Assembly (NCBI GenBank): GCA_951406725.2
Contig: OX597817.1
Coordinates: 120,032,001-120,096,000, forward strand
Reading direction: 5' to 3'
DNA length: 64,000 nt
DNA from: Octopus vulgaris
Taxonomy: Eukaryota
The position numbers were made by a program, and so were the translations under genes. Below are positions 1 to 13,768 of this stretch, one piece after another (the first letter of the stretch is position 1; each line of letters begins with the position of its first letter). The notes beneath the pieces were generated by a model that saw only the letters and a list, made by a program, of their open reading frames with translations, searched no databases and was not told the origin of the DNA.

Positions 1-2049
1 TATTTCATGAACTGAAAGATTACAGAATTGAAAAAATATAATACACATTAGGTGCCTGATATATAACAAATGATATTGGTGTTTGAATTTTCTGGATAAA
101 ATATTCTGTGTAAAATCCCACTTCATTGCACTAGACATGGGATACTTGACTATATATATAAGTAAAGATAAGATCCAAGGATCCAGGCATAGGAAGTTAG
201 CAAGCTTTGAATGGTCTGTAGAAGGTACAAAAAACAACTTTCAGGAAAAATAGATGTTTATTGAAGTAGAAGATTGTAAAATGTTAAAGTTCAATAAGCT
301 GAAAAAATTATTTTATAGTTCACAGTTAGCAACTAGGGTTGCTGTGTATATGAATAAACTTTGCAGCAATTAAGTTCCTAATCTGTAGCATCTGTTGAGA
401 ATGATTGCAATAGTTAACTTTCAGTGAATTTAGTCTTTCTCATTCACAAAATGGGCCCCACTTAATTTTGCTCAGATTGGTTTCAATTTTGGTGTATCGA
501 TGCAACTATGAATTTTGATTACGATCAACCAATTACTTTATCTTGTAAATTAAAGTTGGGAAATTTGGGCAATTTTAGCCAATCAACAGACAGAATGGCA
601 TTAGCAGCTTGTCACCATGACAACCACACGCTGTGTTGTGGTTCACTATTGTCTCAGTTAATTTTCCACACTTAATTCTTCATGCCACGAGATTATTTTC
701 ACCCATGTGTTTTGTTTTAATTTTTCTTTGTGTTAGTATATTACATATTTTTCTGTGCTTCTGAGTGTTAGTATTTTTACATATATGTTATTTCATATAT
801 TTTTGGGACTCATGAGAAGGATATCGTGGAACAGAGAAACTGTGGGTGATACAGATAATTTGATATTATTTTTGAATTCTGAATGCAAAACTGTATAAGA
901 TATAGGTATTCTTTTCCTTGGGACAATTTCTTTGTTGACCAGTGTTATTCTTATTGTAATTTACAAATCCAAGAATAAAAACATTACTCAACTTTGGAGT
1001 TTTGGAGACAGATGCCCCCTTAACACACACACACACACACACACGAATGCATAAATGTACATATAAACTGATAAATGAATACATACATCTACATGCACAT
1101 ATACATTAATGATGTACACAAATACATGACAGGTATACATAATACTGAAATACACATAAAGTAAACACATGCAGACAAATATATTAATATAACAAATTAA
1201 AAATAACAATAAAACCATACAGTCAGTGAAGAGGCAAAAGAAACAGTAAGATGATACATGTTGATTTTATCAGGTATTTCTGTTTCTTTAGAAACCTACA
1301 ATGAACAGGTCAGACACTAAACTGTAAATTTCACAGGGTACAACCTTAAAGTTGACACTGTCCCACTAAATGCAGAAAATTTTTGTCTCACTATTAGGTA
1401 AAAATATAGTTTTTTTTTTTTTTTCGATGTTTAAACCTCTATAACTTTTTTCTCCAATTTTTTTCTTCACAACATCATACCTACATAGCAATTGCGAATG
1501 AAAAAAACTAGATCCCTTTCAGTCAATACTATAGGCACACAGAAAAAATACACTTGCATGCACTAATATGTATTTGTTTTGTTTTACTGTTAAGTGATAA
1601 ACTACCAACTTACCTAGAACTATTATGTTCCCTTACTGACCAGAAGCATTATGTCGAACCTCCCTCTCTTCTAACAAATTCTAACTTATTACCACTCCTA
1701 TATTTTCTCTTTCTCTCCTTCTAACTTTCCTTCCCTTTATTTTCTTTGGCTCTGTTTTAATGCATTTACAGGGTGCTACAATATATTTATTCATTTTACA
1801 GCAGACATAGTAATTGCCCCTAGCCTAAATTCACAAAGACCTTCCCCTAGCCAGCTTCACTGTCACTAAAACTTTTTCCCCTACTCTTCTCTCACTCCTT
1901 TTCTTTGTTCATATTCTTATTCTTTTTCTGAACAGCCTTAGCCATTTGCTACTCCTATGTATTATTTCTTTATTATTTCTTCAAACATATGCTTTTGTTT
2001 TTGTTTTCTTGCTCTGTACTTGCCACACATTTTTAATCAAATCTCCTGC

Positions 2050-2260
2050 AAGTTAACATGGGACCCCTTGATGACAATGTAACCCTCATTTGACTAAGGT
2101 ATCTTTAGCTTGATAAGTAGCTAGTGGAGTACCTCTCATTGAGTAATTATTACTTCCATGGTTCTGCTGGTTAGGAAACATATGTAGCCTGGATTTTACC
2201 TACTCCATTCCCTAAATTTGGAGCTTTATAGGAGAGTATTGTAGTTCGCTTGAAGCATTG
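2050..2260 (-). mobile_element. Highly decayed CR1-clade LINE RT relic
   Basis: Minus-strand fragments read FLTSRTMEVII and GVP, resembling '[11 protein letters not shown]...GVPQG' of the intact RT at 50.2-51.4 kb; frameshifted. Confidence 0.3.
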
Positions 2261-2272
2261 GGTATTGTTTGT

Positions 2273-2450
2273 AAAGAATAAAAAGTTTTCAATGGTACAA
2301 CAATGCACTATAATATACACAATGGGCTGAAGAAGGAATAATAATTCCGAAATATCATATCAGACTATGGATAACTAGATTACAACAGGTAAATAGCCCA
2401 TTGTCTGTATCATAGTGCATTGTTGTACCATTCAAAACTTTTTATTCTTT
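2273..2450. repeat. 56-bp inverted repeat enclosing a hammerhead-like core (PLE pLTR-type)
   Basis: Arms 2273-2328 and 2395-2450 are near-perfect reverse complements. Confidence 0.85.
2320..2403 (+). ncRNA. Hammerhead ribozyme-like core (stem III disrupted)
   Basis: CTGAAGA(2327-2333)-A-GGAAT-aata-ATTCC-GAAA(2349-2352); CAATGGG/CCCATTG could form stem I. Confidence 0.5.
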
Positions 2451-2550
2451 GGAGTTTTATATATATAACTTGTCTCTCATTATGCGTTTACATATTTTTC
2501 ACTCCTGTTCTTATTGGGTAGTTTTTGGTATTCAGTCCTGTACTTAATGT

Positions 2551-3210
2551 ATCATCATCATCATTGCCATTTAACATCTGCTTTCCATGCAGGCAAGGGT
2601 TTGACTGTTTGACTGAGGACTGGCGAGCCAAAAGGCTGCACCAGGCTCCAATCTGATCCGGCAAAGTTTCTTCAGCTGGATTCCCTTCCTAATGCCAAAC
2701 ACTCTGAGTAGGTGCTTTTTACGTGCCACTGGCATGAGAACCAGTCAGGTGGTACTGGCAATGACCATGTTCAAAGGGTGTTTTTACATGCTACCTGCAC
2801 AGGAGCCAGTCTGGTGGCACTGGCAATGACCATGCTCAAATGTTCTTTTTCAAGTGCCACTGGCATATGTGCCAGTAAGGCGATACTGGCAACAAACATG
2901 CTTGAATGGTGCTTTTTATGTGCCACCAGTATGGGAGCCAGTCAGCAGCCCTGGCAACATTCACGCTCAGATGGTGCTTTTAATGTTCCACTGGCATGAG
3001 TGCCAATCAGGCGGTACTGTCATTGGTCACATCAGCGATTTTGATTTCATTTGCCTCAACAGGTCTTTGCAAACAAAGTTTATTGTCCAATGAATGAAGG
3101 GTACTCATAAGTGGGCTGGTTATACACCACTGGCATAGACCATGGGTCAATGCCTCACTTGGCTTGTCGGGTCTTCTCAAGCACAGCATATCTCCAAAGA
3201 TCTCGGTCAC
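2551..3210 (-). mobile_element. 5'-truncated RTE-clade LINE (ORF C-terminus, 3'UTR with ~60-bp internal repeats, (ATG)n tail)
   Basis: Minus frame ends DRDLWRYAVLEKTRQAK* (RTE-type DRxxWR terminus); same 3' end recurs at 10.6, 24.1, 29.9, 48.2, 56.8 and 60.7 kb. Confidence 0.75.
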
Positions 3211-3261
3211 TATGTATATATCTTATATATATATATGTATCTCTCCTCTCTCTCACTCTCT

Positions 3262-3321
<60 letters not shown>

Positions 3322-6300
3322 TTGTGAGTGCGTATGTATGTAAATCTATACAATTTATATATATGCATACATATATATATATATATGTGCATAAACTTAT
3401 CCATATGGAAGAAAATGCCAAGTTTGATATATTAGTGTAACGTATTATATAAACTAAATGACATCTTTGTCATTTAAATCTACAAACTAGCTTTATTTCT
3501 AATTGTTTTTTAATGTAATTATTTTTCAACACCAAAGAAAGTAATGAAAATTACATAAATAACTTTGATTATGCAAATTAATATTTTATATTTGCTTGTT
3601 TTTCAGAATATAAAATCATTTATCAAACTAGAAATTTGAAATCATTATTGTTGTTTTTAAACTGCAAATCTTCTTTTCTTTTCTTTTTGTTTCTGAACCT
3701 TTGTGATATCACTTTACTAATATTTAGCCAACTTAATTCATATCCTTATAGAATTGTATTATCAATTAAAGATATGTTTGCACAGGTATTCTTCAAATGG
3801 AACAAAGTAGTTCAGCTACAACTGATACAAATCAAATTTGGCAAGAAAGGTGCAGAATAAAGCTTAGTTATATTTTATATATCTTCTTAACTTAAGCATT
3901 AATTTTCTTTGTGTGTGAGTGAGGGATGATTTTTCCCTACATTTCTTTATTTAATCATTACTCATTTTAAATGCATGACAAATTATTTGCATAAAACGAA
4001 ACAAAAACAAATCACCCATATTGATTTGTTTGAATAAACTTCACATATGATGTAAACATGATAAGTTAACTAGATTAGAACAGCGACCAAACTTTCACTA
4101 AATTCAAGTACTATTCACATTTATTCATGATGTATTGTTTGGTTGCTATGAATACTGGTTATTTCCTTCAAAATATCCAGGGAAATACATTTTACTAATA
4201 ACATCCATGTACAATTTGCTTCAAGCTAAACTTTTTCTTGAATTTTTGATTTATTCTTTACTATTTTCTTTATTTTCATTAGCATTTGTTCCATCAGATA
4301 GTTCATAAAATATCAGTATGACAATTTTTTTCTATAATCAATACCTTTGTAAGCTATGAAAGAGCAACTAAAACATAAAAAAAAAGTAGCACAAGTAAAA
4401 TTTACCGTTTATGCATTATTCATGGTAAAATGAGAAGTTCTACTTCTAAATTGATTCTTCTATAAGGTCTCACTTGAGGAAATATCTGAACAAGGTTCCA
4501 GTACACCAAAATTATGTTACAAAGAGAATGTAGAGCACTATGGATGCAATAGGAAATTTTCAATACATTCATTATGAATAGGCTTTTTAGCTACATTTTT
4601 CTTTTCAATAAAAACAAATACAAAAATATACATATTATTTATTACTTTCATTGGGAATGAATGCAGTATCTGATTCTTGTTTCTGAGGCAAATATGAGGT
4701 ACAGAAGTTATTTTTTATAGCCCCAAGTTACCTAAATTGTATTTTATTTGGTTCTGACATCAATGAGCTTTAGGTCTATGTTGTTTTATTTTTATTGAAA
4801 TCCCTACTTTAATACTCTAAAAAGAGATAGATAAATTTTCAGAAAATTTTTAAATATTAATGATGTAAAAGTGTAGAGTTCCAGTTAGATCTGTTGGAAA
4901 GTTTTCATTATCATAGTAAAAGACACTTTATATGCTATCACAAATTTTATACTGCTTTGAGCAATAGTAGTCCATCTAAATGTAAATAGCTAACATTCAA
5001 TTCTAATGTTCACTGCTGTAATAGTAAGAGTCTTATGTCGATGACGGCTTCATTTCAATGCAAGGATTTGCACAGACCTTTTTAGAGAAAGCACTAAATA
5101 TACTATCTGGATATGAGTGCTTCTATGGTACAAGCAGCTTTGAGTTACACATATATTTATTAAAAGTTTATGCAAAAATATTAATTCTGAAATCATTAAG
5201 GAGGCAGTAAAAATTGAACAATTACAGCTGAAAAATTCCTGCTAAACATATCTTGTATGTGGCTAACTTTATATTGCATGAATATTATCAAAGATTGATT
5301 ATAAGATGAATCAACATGCACACGTGCATATATACATATATATATATATATATATAGAAAGAGAGAGAGGGGGGGTACATACATAAATGCACATGCACGC
5401 TGCATAAAGCATCTCTTAAATTTTAAAATGTTTTGTTAACATATGCAGTTCTATTTTCTACACGTAGGTGGCATATTATTAGACATTGATTATTCAAATA
5501 ATATGCCTGCAGATCATTCTACCAGAAGAAAGAGAATATGTTCAACTAAATTTAATTGGCAAATGTGTCATCCCTGCCTTTCTTATCATAACCTTACTTT
5601 TTATGTAGGCTTGCTAAATTACTATTAAGGATCTGTGACAAACATTCTCACCTAAAAAAAAAAACCCCCAACTATTGCGTTATTCTCCCAGTTCTTTTTC
5701 ATATCTCATAGGATAATTCAAACAGAGTAAGATAACAGGCAATGTGCATGTGTGTCTTCTGATATTTCTACTATTGCTAGTGAGGCTACATTAAGTGAAG
5801 GTTCTCAAAAAAATAAACATTTATTCAGTTCATATCTCTTTCCCTAGAGTTATTACAATTGAAATAAGAGACAGCCTTAACATTTTATGATGGTGATAAC
5901 ATACTCTGTAATCACGACCGGCGTTTCTCACTAATCACGTATAATACAAAGCAGCATATTATAGAGCTTCTTTTAAGTGGCGAATATTTCAAACTAGAAG
6001 TTCATAAGATCCTTATTTAGGAACAACAAAGGAATATGATATAATTGCATTATCCAAAAGCATGACATTTGCATAGAGCTTTCTTCAATAAAAACTATAG
6101 CATGTTAATTATTCTGAGCACATCTAAAGTATGCTACATTGTTTTCAAATTATTTTTAGTGCTGGAACTTAATTTCACACAATTAATAATAAACAAAAAT
6201 AGCATTGCCTTAAAGTTTGATTTGTAAGACTGATTCCTTTGCTAGATCACAATAACTGGATATAGTCTAAAGGAACCATGGACAAACTACAGCCAGTGGA

Positions 6301-7503
6301 TGATTCTGAATGGCATGCAAACAAAAAAGTAACGTTGAACTTTATTTGTAGTGCAACTAGCCAGATGATGTGCAACATCTTATGAAACTTACTTCTCAAA
6401 AAAAGTTCCTCATGCCTGATCTGAAGGAGGCTGTTTTCTTTCCAAAATATTGATGTTACAAATGATAATGCTCACAGATCTGATGAGACACATGTAGAAC
6501 TTACATGATAATAACATTAACAAGACATATTTTTACAAAAGAAAAAATCTAAGCTCAGCCTCTAAATTCTGCAATTACACAAATTTATAATTAGACTGTT
6601 AAGTAAATATGCAACCAACATTTTTATGCTATGATCTTTCCTTATTTTCCAGAGTAGTATAATAAAAAATTTATGTTTATTTCTCCAAATTATCATCTAC
6701 AGCCTTTGAATTCAAATTATGAAATAGTCAGATGATTAGATGTATTTGATTGGAAAACCAAAGTAGAATAACATTTCATATCAATAATTGATAATTAGAA
6801 TAAAATTAAAACATGAAACATTTTTAAGATTAAAATTTGGTTAAAATTTACTCATATTGCAAGCTCATGGATGATAAATTAACTAATTGTTAGACTAGAA
6901 AGCAAAATCACTTTCTAAGAATTATCACCTGAATAATTTAAATCAAATAATTTGGTAATTTCAAAATTATTTGAACAAGAAAAAAATTACATACAGTAAC
7001 TTGGAAACAGTAGTTATATTTTACAATTAAGCTTTCAGTTACCATAACACAGCATTTCAGAGGGAAAAGACAAGCTAATGGATTGGTAAATAACAATAAA
7101 ACTGATTCATTCCAAGCTACCTAAAAAAGTTTTAGTGACCCTAATTTCAGAACAACACTAACTGAATGTCTATACAAGTGTTAGTGGCACTCTAGTAATT
7201 ATTGTCAGGTTTTCAACCATATACTATTATGCAAATGAGAAGGACTTGGTACAAACTTTTCATATTTATTAATATGTAAACTGCCACTACTTTATCCTGA
7301 TTTTGTAGAGAAGTGAGGAAATCCTAATGAGTTATTAAATAACTATGGAACTGGTTAGCTCAATTCCCATTTCAAAAACAAGCAAAAATTACAAAACAAA
7401 CCAGCTCTCATGATTCTAATTTCAGAGAAACAGAATACATATTTATTTTCTAATTAATTTTAATGTAGTAACAGATATTATTCAAATTCTTGGTAATTCT
7501 TCC

Positions 7504-7539
<36 letters not shown>

Positions 7540-8229
7540 ACACCATTTATGTTTGTTGTATAATTAAACTATTTGTCAATCATCTCATAGGAATGTTCCG
7601 TAAGGACACTCAACTTAAATATTGATAGATACAGTTACAAAATTGATTTGTAACACAGCAACAAAGAGTTAAATATTATAATTGTCTCGTACTAGAATAA
7701 ATTCAAAATATTCAGCTCAACCAACCAAACTTTAAAATAAAGAATACCTTTTCCAACATATGTATATATGTATGTATATATATATATACACACACACACA
7801 TACATACACGCACACATGCACACACATATATATATATAGCAATTAAATCAACTTTTATAATAATTCTGTTATATTATTGTTATTATAATTAGAATATTAT
7901 ATTACTTTAATATTACACTGAATGAATTTGAATTGAATTAGAATTTATTTTAAGCAAGAGAAATACTAATTTAGTAAGATATAAATAAAACATGAATAAT
8001 AATGAGCACAAAATTATTGGACTTATAGTATAGTGAAGTAGAGCAATGTATGATAACCTCAAAGCTTGCAAAGACAGGATTGATATAAAATTACAAAATA
8101 GTTGTGCATTTCATTCCTTCATATATGTGTTAATGTGTTGAGAATATATATTCTTTGATAACCAGAATGTAATAATATCATAGAAACACATAAAAAAGTT
8201 TTTCACATTATAATTAATAACATTGAAAA

Positions 8230-8396
8230 ATATTTTAGGAATGAGAACCCAGGTTCGAAATTTCCCCCAAGACACCTGATGAAGGCTGGAGGGTGTATCA
8301 GCCAAACCACTGTGTTAACAACAAACAAGATGAGGACAAATATCCATCAAATGTAAATAATGTACATAATTCCTCATCTCTTAAATATAGAACTGT
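8230..8396 (+). mobile_element. PLE pLTR-like repeat with degenerate minimal hammerhead (8271-8316)
   Basis: GACAC-CTGATGA-A-GGCTG-loop-CAGCC-AAAC...GTGTT; 3' part recurs at 10307-10360 (-) and 58508-58578 (+). Confidence 0.6.
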
Positions 8397-8416
8397 ATTG
8401 ATTAATTTTAAGTATG

Positions 8417-8605
8417 ATAAGGTGGCAAGCTGATAGAATTGATTTTTCTCAAGCTTTATGTTCTGAGTTCAAATGCTGCTGAAGTCAACTTTGTCTTTCA
8501 TCCTTTTCCAGGTTGATACTAGTTGAGTACTGTAGTAGAAGTAACTGACTAAACTCCCAACCCTGCAAAGCCTTAGGTATTGTGCCTATAGTCAAAACAA
8601 TTATT
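8417..8605 (+). mobile_element. tRNA-derived SINE family A (octopus OR/CORE-type)
   Basis: aaggtggcaagctg head, B-box-like GAGTTCAAAT, 'ctttcatcctt' body, ATT tail; many copies in the window. Confidence 0.7.
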
Positions 8606-8923
8606 AATTTTAAATATTAGTAAAATCAATTACTTAAAGAATGATCAATAACATATTACTATGATATACAAGAAAAAATATGCTCATCACCATTATTATT
8701 TTACATTGATTTTACTAAACTAACATGGGGTACTGTATCATTTCGAAAACAGTAAGAGATGAAAGTGACCAAAATTTAGTTTTCATGCTATGCAACAAAA
8801 CCAACAGAATATATATCTCTTTGTTTGGAATTACTGCTCCTACCCAGAGTAGGTAGACTTCAATACAGCTTACAGAATTCATTTGCTCTCGCCCACTCTC
8901 AGTCTCTGTGTGTGTATACATAT

Positions 8924-8969
<46 letters not shown>

Positions 8970-8977
8970 ATGCTGAG

Positions 8978-9010
<33 letters not shown>

Positions 9011-9796
9011 ATATTCTTATGCACATGTATACACACACAAACCTATATGTATGCATATACACATCAACATATAGATGAGTGTGTGTGTAATTACATATAT
9101 ATATTTATATATATATATATACATACAAATATATGTTTATGAATATACATATATATATTTATATACATTTATATGCACACACACACATACATGTATATAG
9201 TATAAAACTATCATTTTATCAATGAAAGTTGCAAATAAAACTTTCAAATATTTATGAAACGATCATGATTTTCAAATACTTAGGGAAGTTGATATGATTT
9301 TGTAATAAATTGCCTACTATATAACAGAATATGTCTGATTTACAATAATATTTATTCCTATTTTGAGAAGCAAAAATTTATTAATTTGAAATGTAACAAA
9401 TTTTTGCCATAAATTTTTTTACATCAGTGGTAGTGCATGATTGAGTCAAAACTATTGTGGAGGCAGAGTTATTCTTCAATACAGGATACACATTTATTAT
9501 TGTAGAAACACAGACATGTTTAACATATACATTTTTAACCCTCTCTCCTCACCCACTCCATGTGTGTGAGTAATGATGTATGTATATCTGTATGCAAGTG
9601 TATAGCTGAGTGGTTAAGAAGTTCACTATGCAATCCCATCATCTCAGGTTCAGTTGCATTGAGTAACACCTTGGTCAAGGGTCTTTCTCCAGTAGCCCTG
9701 GACAACCCAAATGTCATGAATTTAGCAATACCATATGTGTCCAGATTTTATATATTAAAAAATAGGTTTTATATTAAGAAATAGGGGAATTTTGGA

Positions 9797-10306
9797 TAAT
9801 TATTTATTTAGTGCTTTCATCTCTTTTGAGAGAATCATCATGAATGACTTTTTCTTACAGAAAATTCATGCCTTTCATGTGTGTGTGTGTGAGTTAGTTG
9901 AAAACGCTTGAGTTGAATTGAGAAAAGAATGTTCTTTGTTATTTTAAATCTGTGTGGGCATATATGTGTGTGTGTTAGTGTGTATGTGTGTATGGATGTG
10001 AGGTGAATTTTAATTGAAGAGAGGAAGGAAGAAGAACAGAATGAAAGAAAGAAAGAAAGGGAGAATTGAGTCTACCTCTGGGGAGGTTGAAATTGCTTTG
10101 CACATTTTGGTAGCATGACAACTAATCAAAAATACAATGTAATTTCAACCATCCCAGAAAAGACACCTTTCTCTTTTCCTTTCTTTCATTCAATCCTACT
10201 TTTTTTTACTATATTTCACACACATATATAAAAAGCATAAGTTTTATGTAAAAAAGTCATTCATGATGAGTCTTTCAAAAGTGATGAAAGCATTAAATAA
10301 GTAATT
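9797..10306. repeat. ~500-bp degenerate palindrome with hammerhead-like cores in both outer arms
   Basis: 9797-9890 mirrors 10215-10306 and 10040-10112 mirrors 10122-10191; arms contain ATGATGA-n-TCTCT-caaa-AGAGA-TGAAA. Confidence 0.7.
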
Positions 10307-10646
10307 CAGTTCTATATTTAAGAGATGAGGAATTATGTACATTATTTACATTTGACAAATGACGTGTGTGTGTGTGTATTCCCCTTCAAGCTTGTTTACA
10401 GAAAACACTTTTGTGTATGCACATAAAAGCTCCCATCTTATCATGTCACCTTCGGTCTAGTAATTCCAACTTGCAACAGTAATTTTATGAGATCATACTA
10501 AGCTGTGCTGATACAATGTGGGATAAATATAGTAATAATAATAATAATCTGAGGATGCAATTTATAAATATTTCAATGCATTAGTATGTGAGATTCCTTG
10601 GACTATTATTATTATTATTACTATATATATATATATATATATATAT

Positions 10647-10830
10647 CCGGTGACATGTAAAAAACACCCACTACACTCACGGAGTGGTTGGTGTTAGGAA
10701 GGACATCCAGCTGTAGAAACACTGCCAGATCAGACTGGAGCCTGGTGCAGCCTCCTGGCGTCCCAGACCCTGGTTGAACCGTCCAACCCGTGCTAGCATG
10801 GAAAACAGACGTTAAACGATGACAATGATG
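10647..10830 (+). mobile_element. RTE LINE 3' end
   Basis: ggttggtgttaggaaggacatccagctgtag...gacgttaaacgatg tail; same family as 2551-3210. Confidence 0.75.
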
Positions 10831-10932
10831 ATATATATATAGCCAGAAGGTATATATTATACATGGTGCAAACATCATCCAATGTAGAACTCAATACATG
10901 AGCTGCTTATTTACATATCTATGTGTAAATGT

Positions 10933-11172
10933 GACCGGGTGATGTGTGTTTATGAGTGAAACACCTAAGCTCCACGCAGCTCTGGCAGAAGGTAATGGTG
11001 AACTTCTGCTGAATCTTTCACCACAACTTTCTCTCACTCTTTCCTCCTGCATCTTGCAGCTCACCTGCGACGGACCGGTGTCCCATCCAGGTGGGGAACC
11101 TATACACCAAGGAAACCAGGAAACTGGCCCTATGAGCCAGGCATGGCTCGAGAAGGAACAAACAACAACAAA
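10933..11172 (+). mobile_element. SINE family C, 5'-truncated
   Basis: Homologous to the full-length copy at 19615-19930; (AAC)n tail. Confidence 0.65.
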
Positions 11173-12258
11173 CATGTAAATATTAAAATATATTACATTT
11201 TATTTGCTGATCAAATTGACTTAGAACATGTCAAGGCAAAATGAATGCACACTGATTCTGACAAAACTTCAAAATATGATATTATATAAAAAGCAATTTT
11301 TCAGTTAGTTAAACAATACATGTCTTTAAAACTTGCAAAATGCATAGAGGATGAAAACTCAATTATCACTGAATTCAAGTGGCATAGTTAGTGACGAGTA
11401 CTTCGAACCCTCAATAGATTAGTTGAGAACAACCATTTCATTTCTAATATTTTGCTAACATTTATACTCCAATTTTACAGGAATTATATTTCATTCAGAA
11501 AACTCGCAAATTATTCAATCTTTAAGATGAAGAGGAAATAAAAACTATCATTTTCATGTAATGGCTCTTGATTATAATGTTCTTTTCTTAAATTCTTACA
11601 TATGTCAGTATCATTATTTCTGATTTTAAAAAATATATCCATTGATCCATGCATTGATTTAAAGTATCAAATATTCTATTCATCTCTATTTCAAATTATA
11701 CAACTATCCATTATTATAAATTGCGAATGCTATTAATTGTTCTTGTTTGATTTGTATATTTTCCAAGTTATTAAAATGTAGGGATTTTATTGTCATATTT
11801 TTCACTACTACAACAATTGAACAATAAAAACTGAAATAAAACCTTATTTTCTTCTCCAAAACTGAAACTAATATAATTGCTAAAAATGTCAAGAAAGATG
11901 TAATGAAGTACTAGTTAAGCTTGTCAATGGAGATATATAATGAATGAAATTTAAGGACAAATACTTGCAGAACTAACAATACTTTTCCTTTGCCAATTAA
12001 AAAAAAATTAGATAAATGAATAGATGAGATAAAATTATTATTTTTTCTCACATACCACAAAATATTTTATACCTTATCATTAAAGAATATTTTTTTGTCT
12101 TTGTAGCTAGGGAAGTTTATATTAATGTGTGTATATTTATCTATAGATATATCAACTTGTCTCTATCAGTCTATCTATAAATTTATATATATATATATAT
12201 ATATATACATATACACATACACACACATATATATATATACATATACACATATGCATAT

Positions 12259-12291
<33 letters not shown>

Positions 12292-13176
12292 CATGCACAC
12301 ATACATACGCATGTGTCTGTGTGAGTGTAAGTAACAGACAGAGTGTATACAGAGTAGAAAACTGAACTATATAGCTTGCACAGATAAAAGAACTCAGGTG
12401 TAAAACGTTTTTCTTTTGTAAACATGTAACTTTGAAAAGTACTCCTAGTTCATGTAATTTTTGTAACTAAGTTATTTTCATATTTACAGACTTGAGCTTC
12501 AATGAAATTCAATAAAATAAACACAAGCATAACAAATTACTAAGGTAAAATAAGTAAAGCTCAATAAATAAAAATGAATTCATTGAAATAAAGAAACATT
12601 TTACATAGATGCACTGAGTGGCATTCCCTTCATCAGCTGTCAATAACTTCAACATCTTTTGATACTGTCCCTTTTTCCAGTGATTCCAAGCAGCATTGAC
12701 AATACCAGGAATGTATCATGCTTTTTTTTTCTTCTTGTTTACACCTTTTTAAGTATGCAACTATCATACCATCTACTTATAAATGGCAAATGCATACATA
12801 TTTATGTGTTTTATACAGGATAATTATCTATGTCACTGAGATTTTGCATATACAAAAGGCTGTATTATGTATATATAAGCGTTTTCAGGCATGTGTGTGC
12901 ATGTGTGCTTGTATGTCTATGTGGTTATAATAGGTAGAGTCACTAATGCGAATATGCTTAATAAACATACTGACAGCATTTTATGGATAAATCTGAAAAT
13001 TGTAGTATAGATTAAAACCTATGACTAAAAAGATATAAAAGTAAATAAATTCTTTCACTAGTGCAAAAATAGCTTGTTTAGAATGCTACTACTTTGAACA
13101 AGTAAGGTATAGATTTTCCAAAAGTATTGAACCCTCACTGATTAGAGTTATATGCATTCAAAATAACAAAACATAC

Positions 13177-13266
13177 TTTATTCTGATGTGGAAAAAAACC
13201 CCTTTAAACCAATGTGAGTATAACCATCTCTATCTTTCTCAAAGTTTTCTATGCTTACAGAAAAAT
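13177..13266 (-). other. Candidate exon (DFSVSIENFEKDRDGYTHIGLKGFF...), host gene unidentified
   Basis: Acceptor cttccttgtgttttacatAG, donor GTatgt; best frame has a stop 4 nt before the donor. Confidence 0.3.
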
Positions 13267-13719
13267 CTATGTAAAACACAAGGAAGTACTTCAGATAAAA
13301 GTGCATACTCAACAATGGTACATTGAAAACTAAAATTTGAAACAAATAAAATTTATCTAATACAATAATTTTGAACAAGTTATTTTATGAGTAAGAAAGT
13401 AGGGACATGAAAGAACATCATAGTTTTAAAGAGAAACAAAATAAAACCATATCAAAATATATCTACATGTGGAAAGATAAAACACTAAAATTCAATATTA
13501 AAAACATATGTGTGTCTATAATGATATAGTGTAAAACTATAATATATCGATATATAAATATAAAATGGATCTTCAGTATAATTCAGTTACTGTCCTGATT
13601 CAATCAAAATGTTTTTAAATAGGATATACACAAAGCACCAGCTTAAAATTTAAAGTCAGCTGTGTGTGTGTGTGTGTGTGAGTGTATACATACACAGATA
13701 TATATGTATATATTTCTGC

Positions 13720-13768
<49 letters not shown>

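Noticed and set aside
6480-6515. CTGATGAG followed by hairpin catgta/tacatg
   Set aside because: No GAAA box and no stem I or III
12590-12645. Minus-strand acagCTGATGAagggaatg
   Set aside because: Possibly a pLTR relic, but stem II and GAAA cannot be placed convincingly
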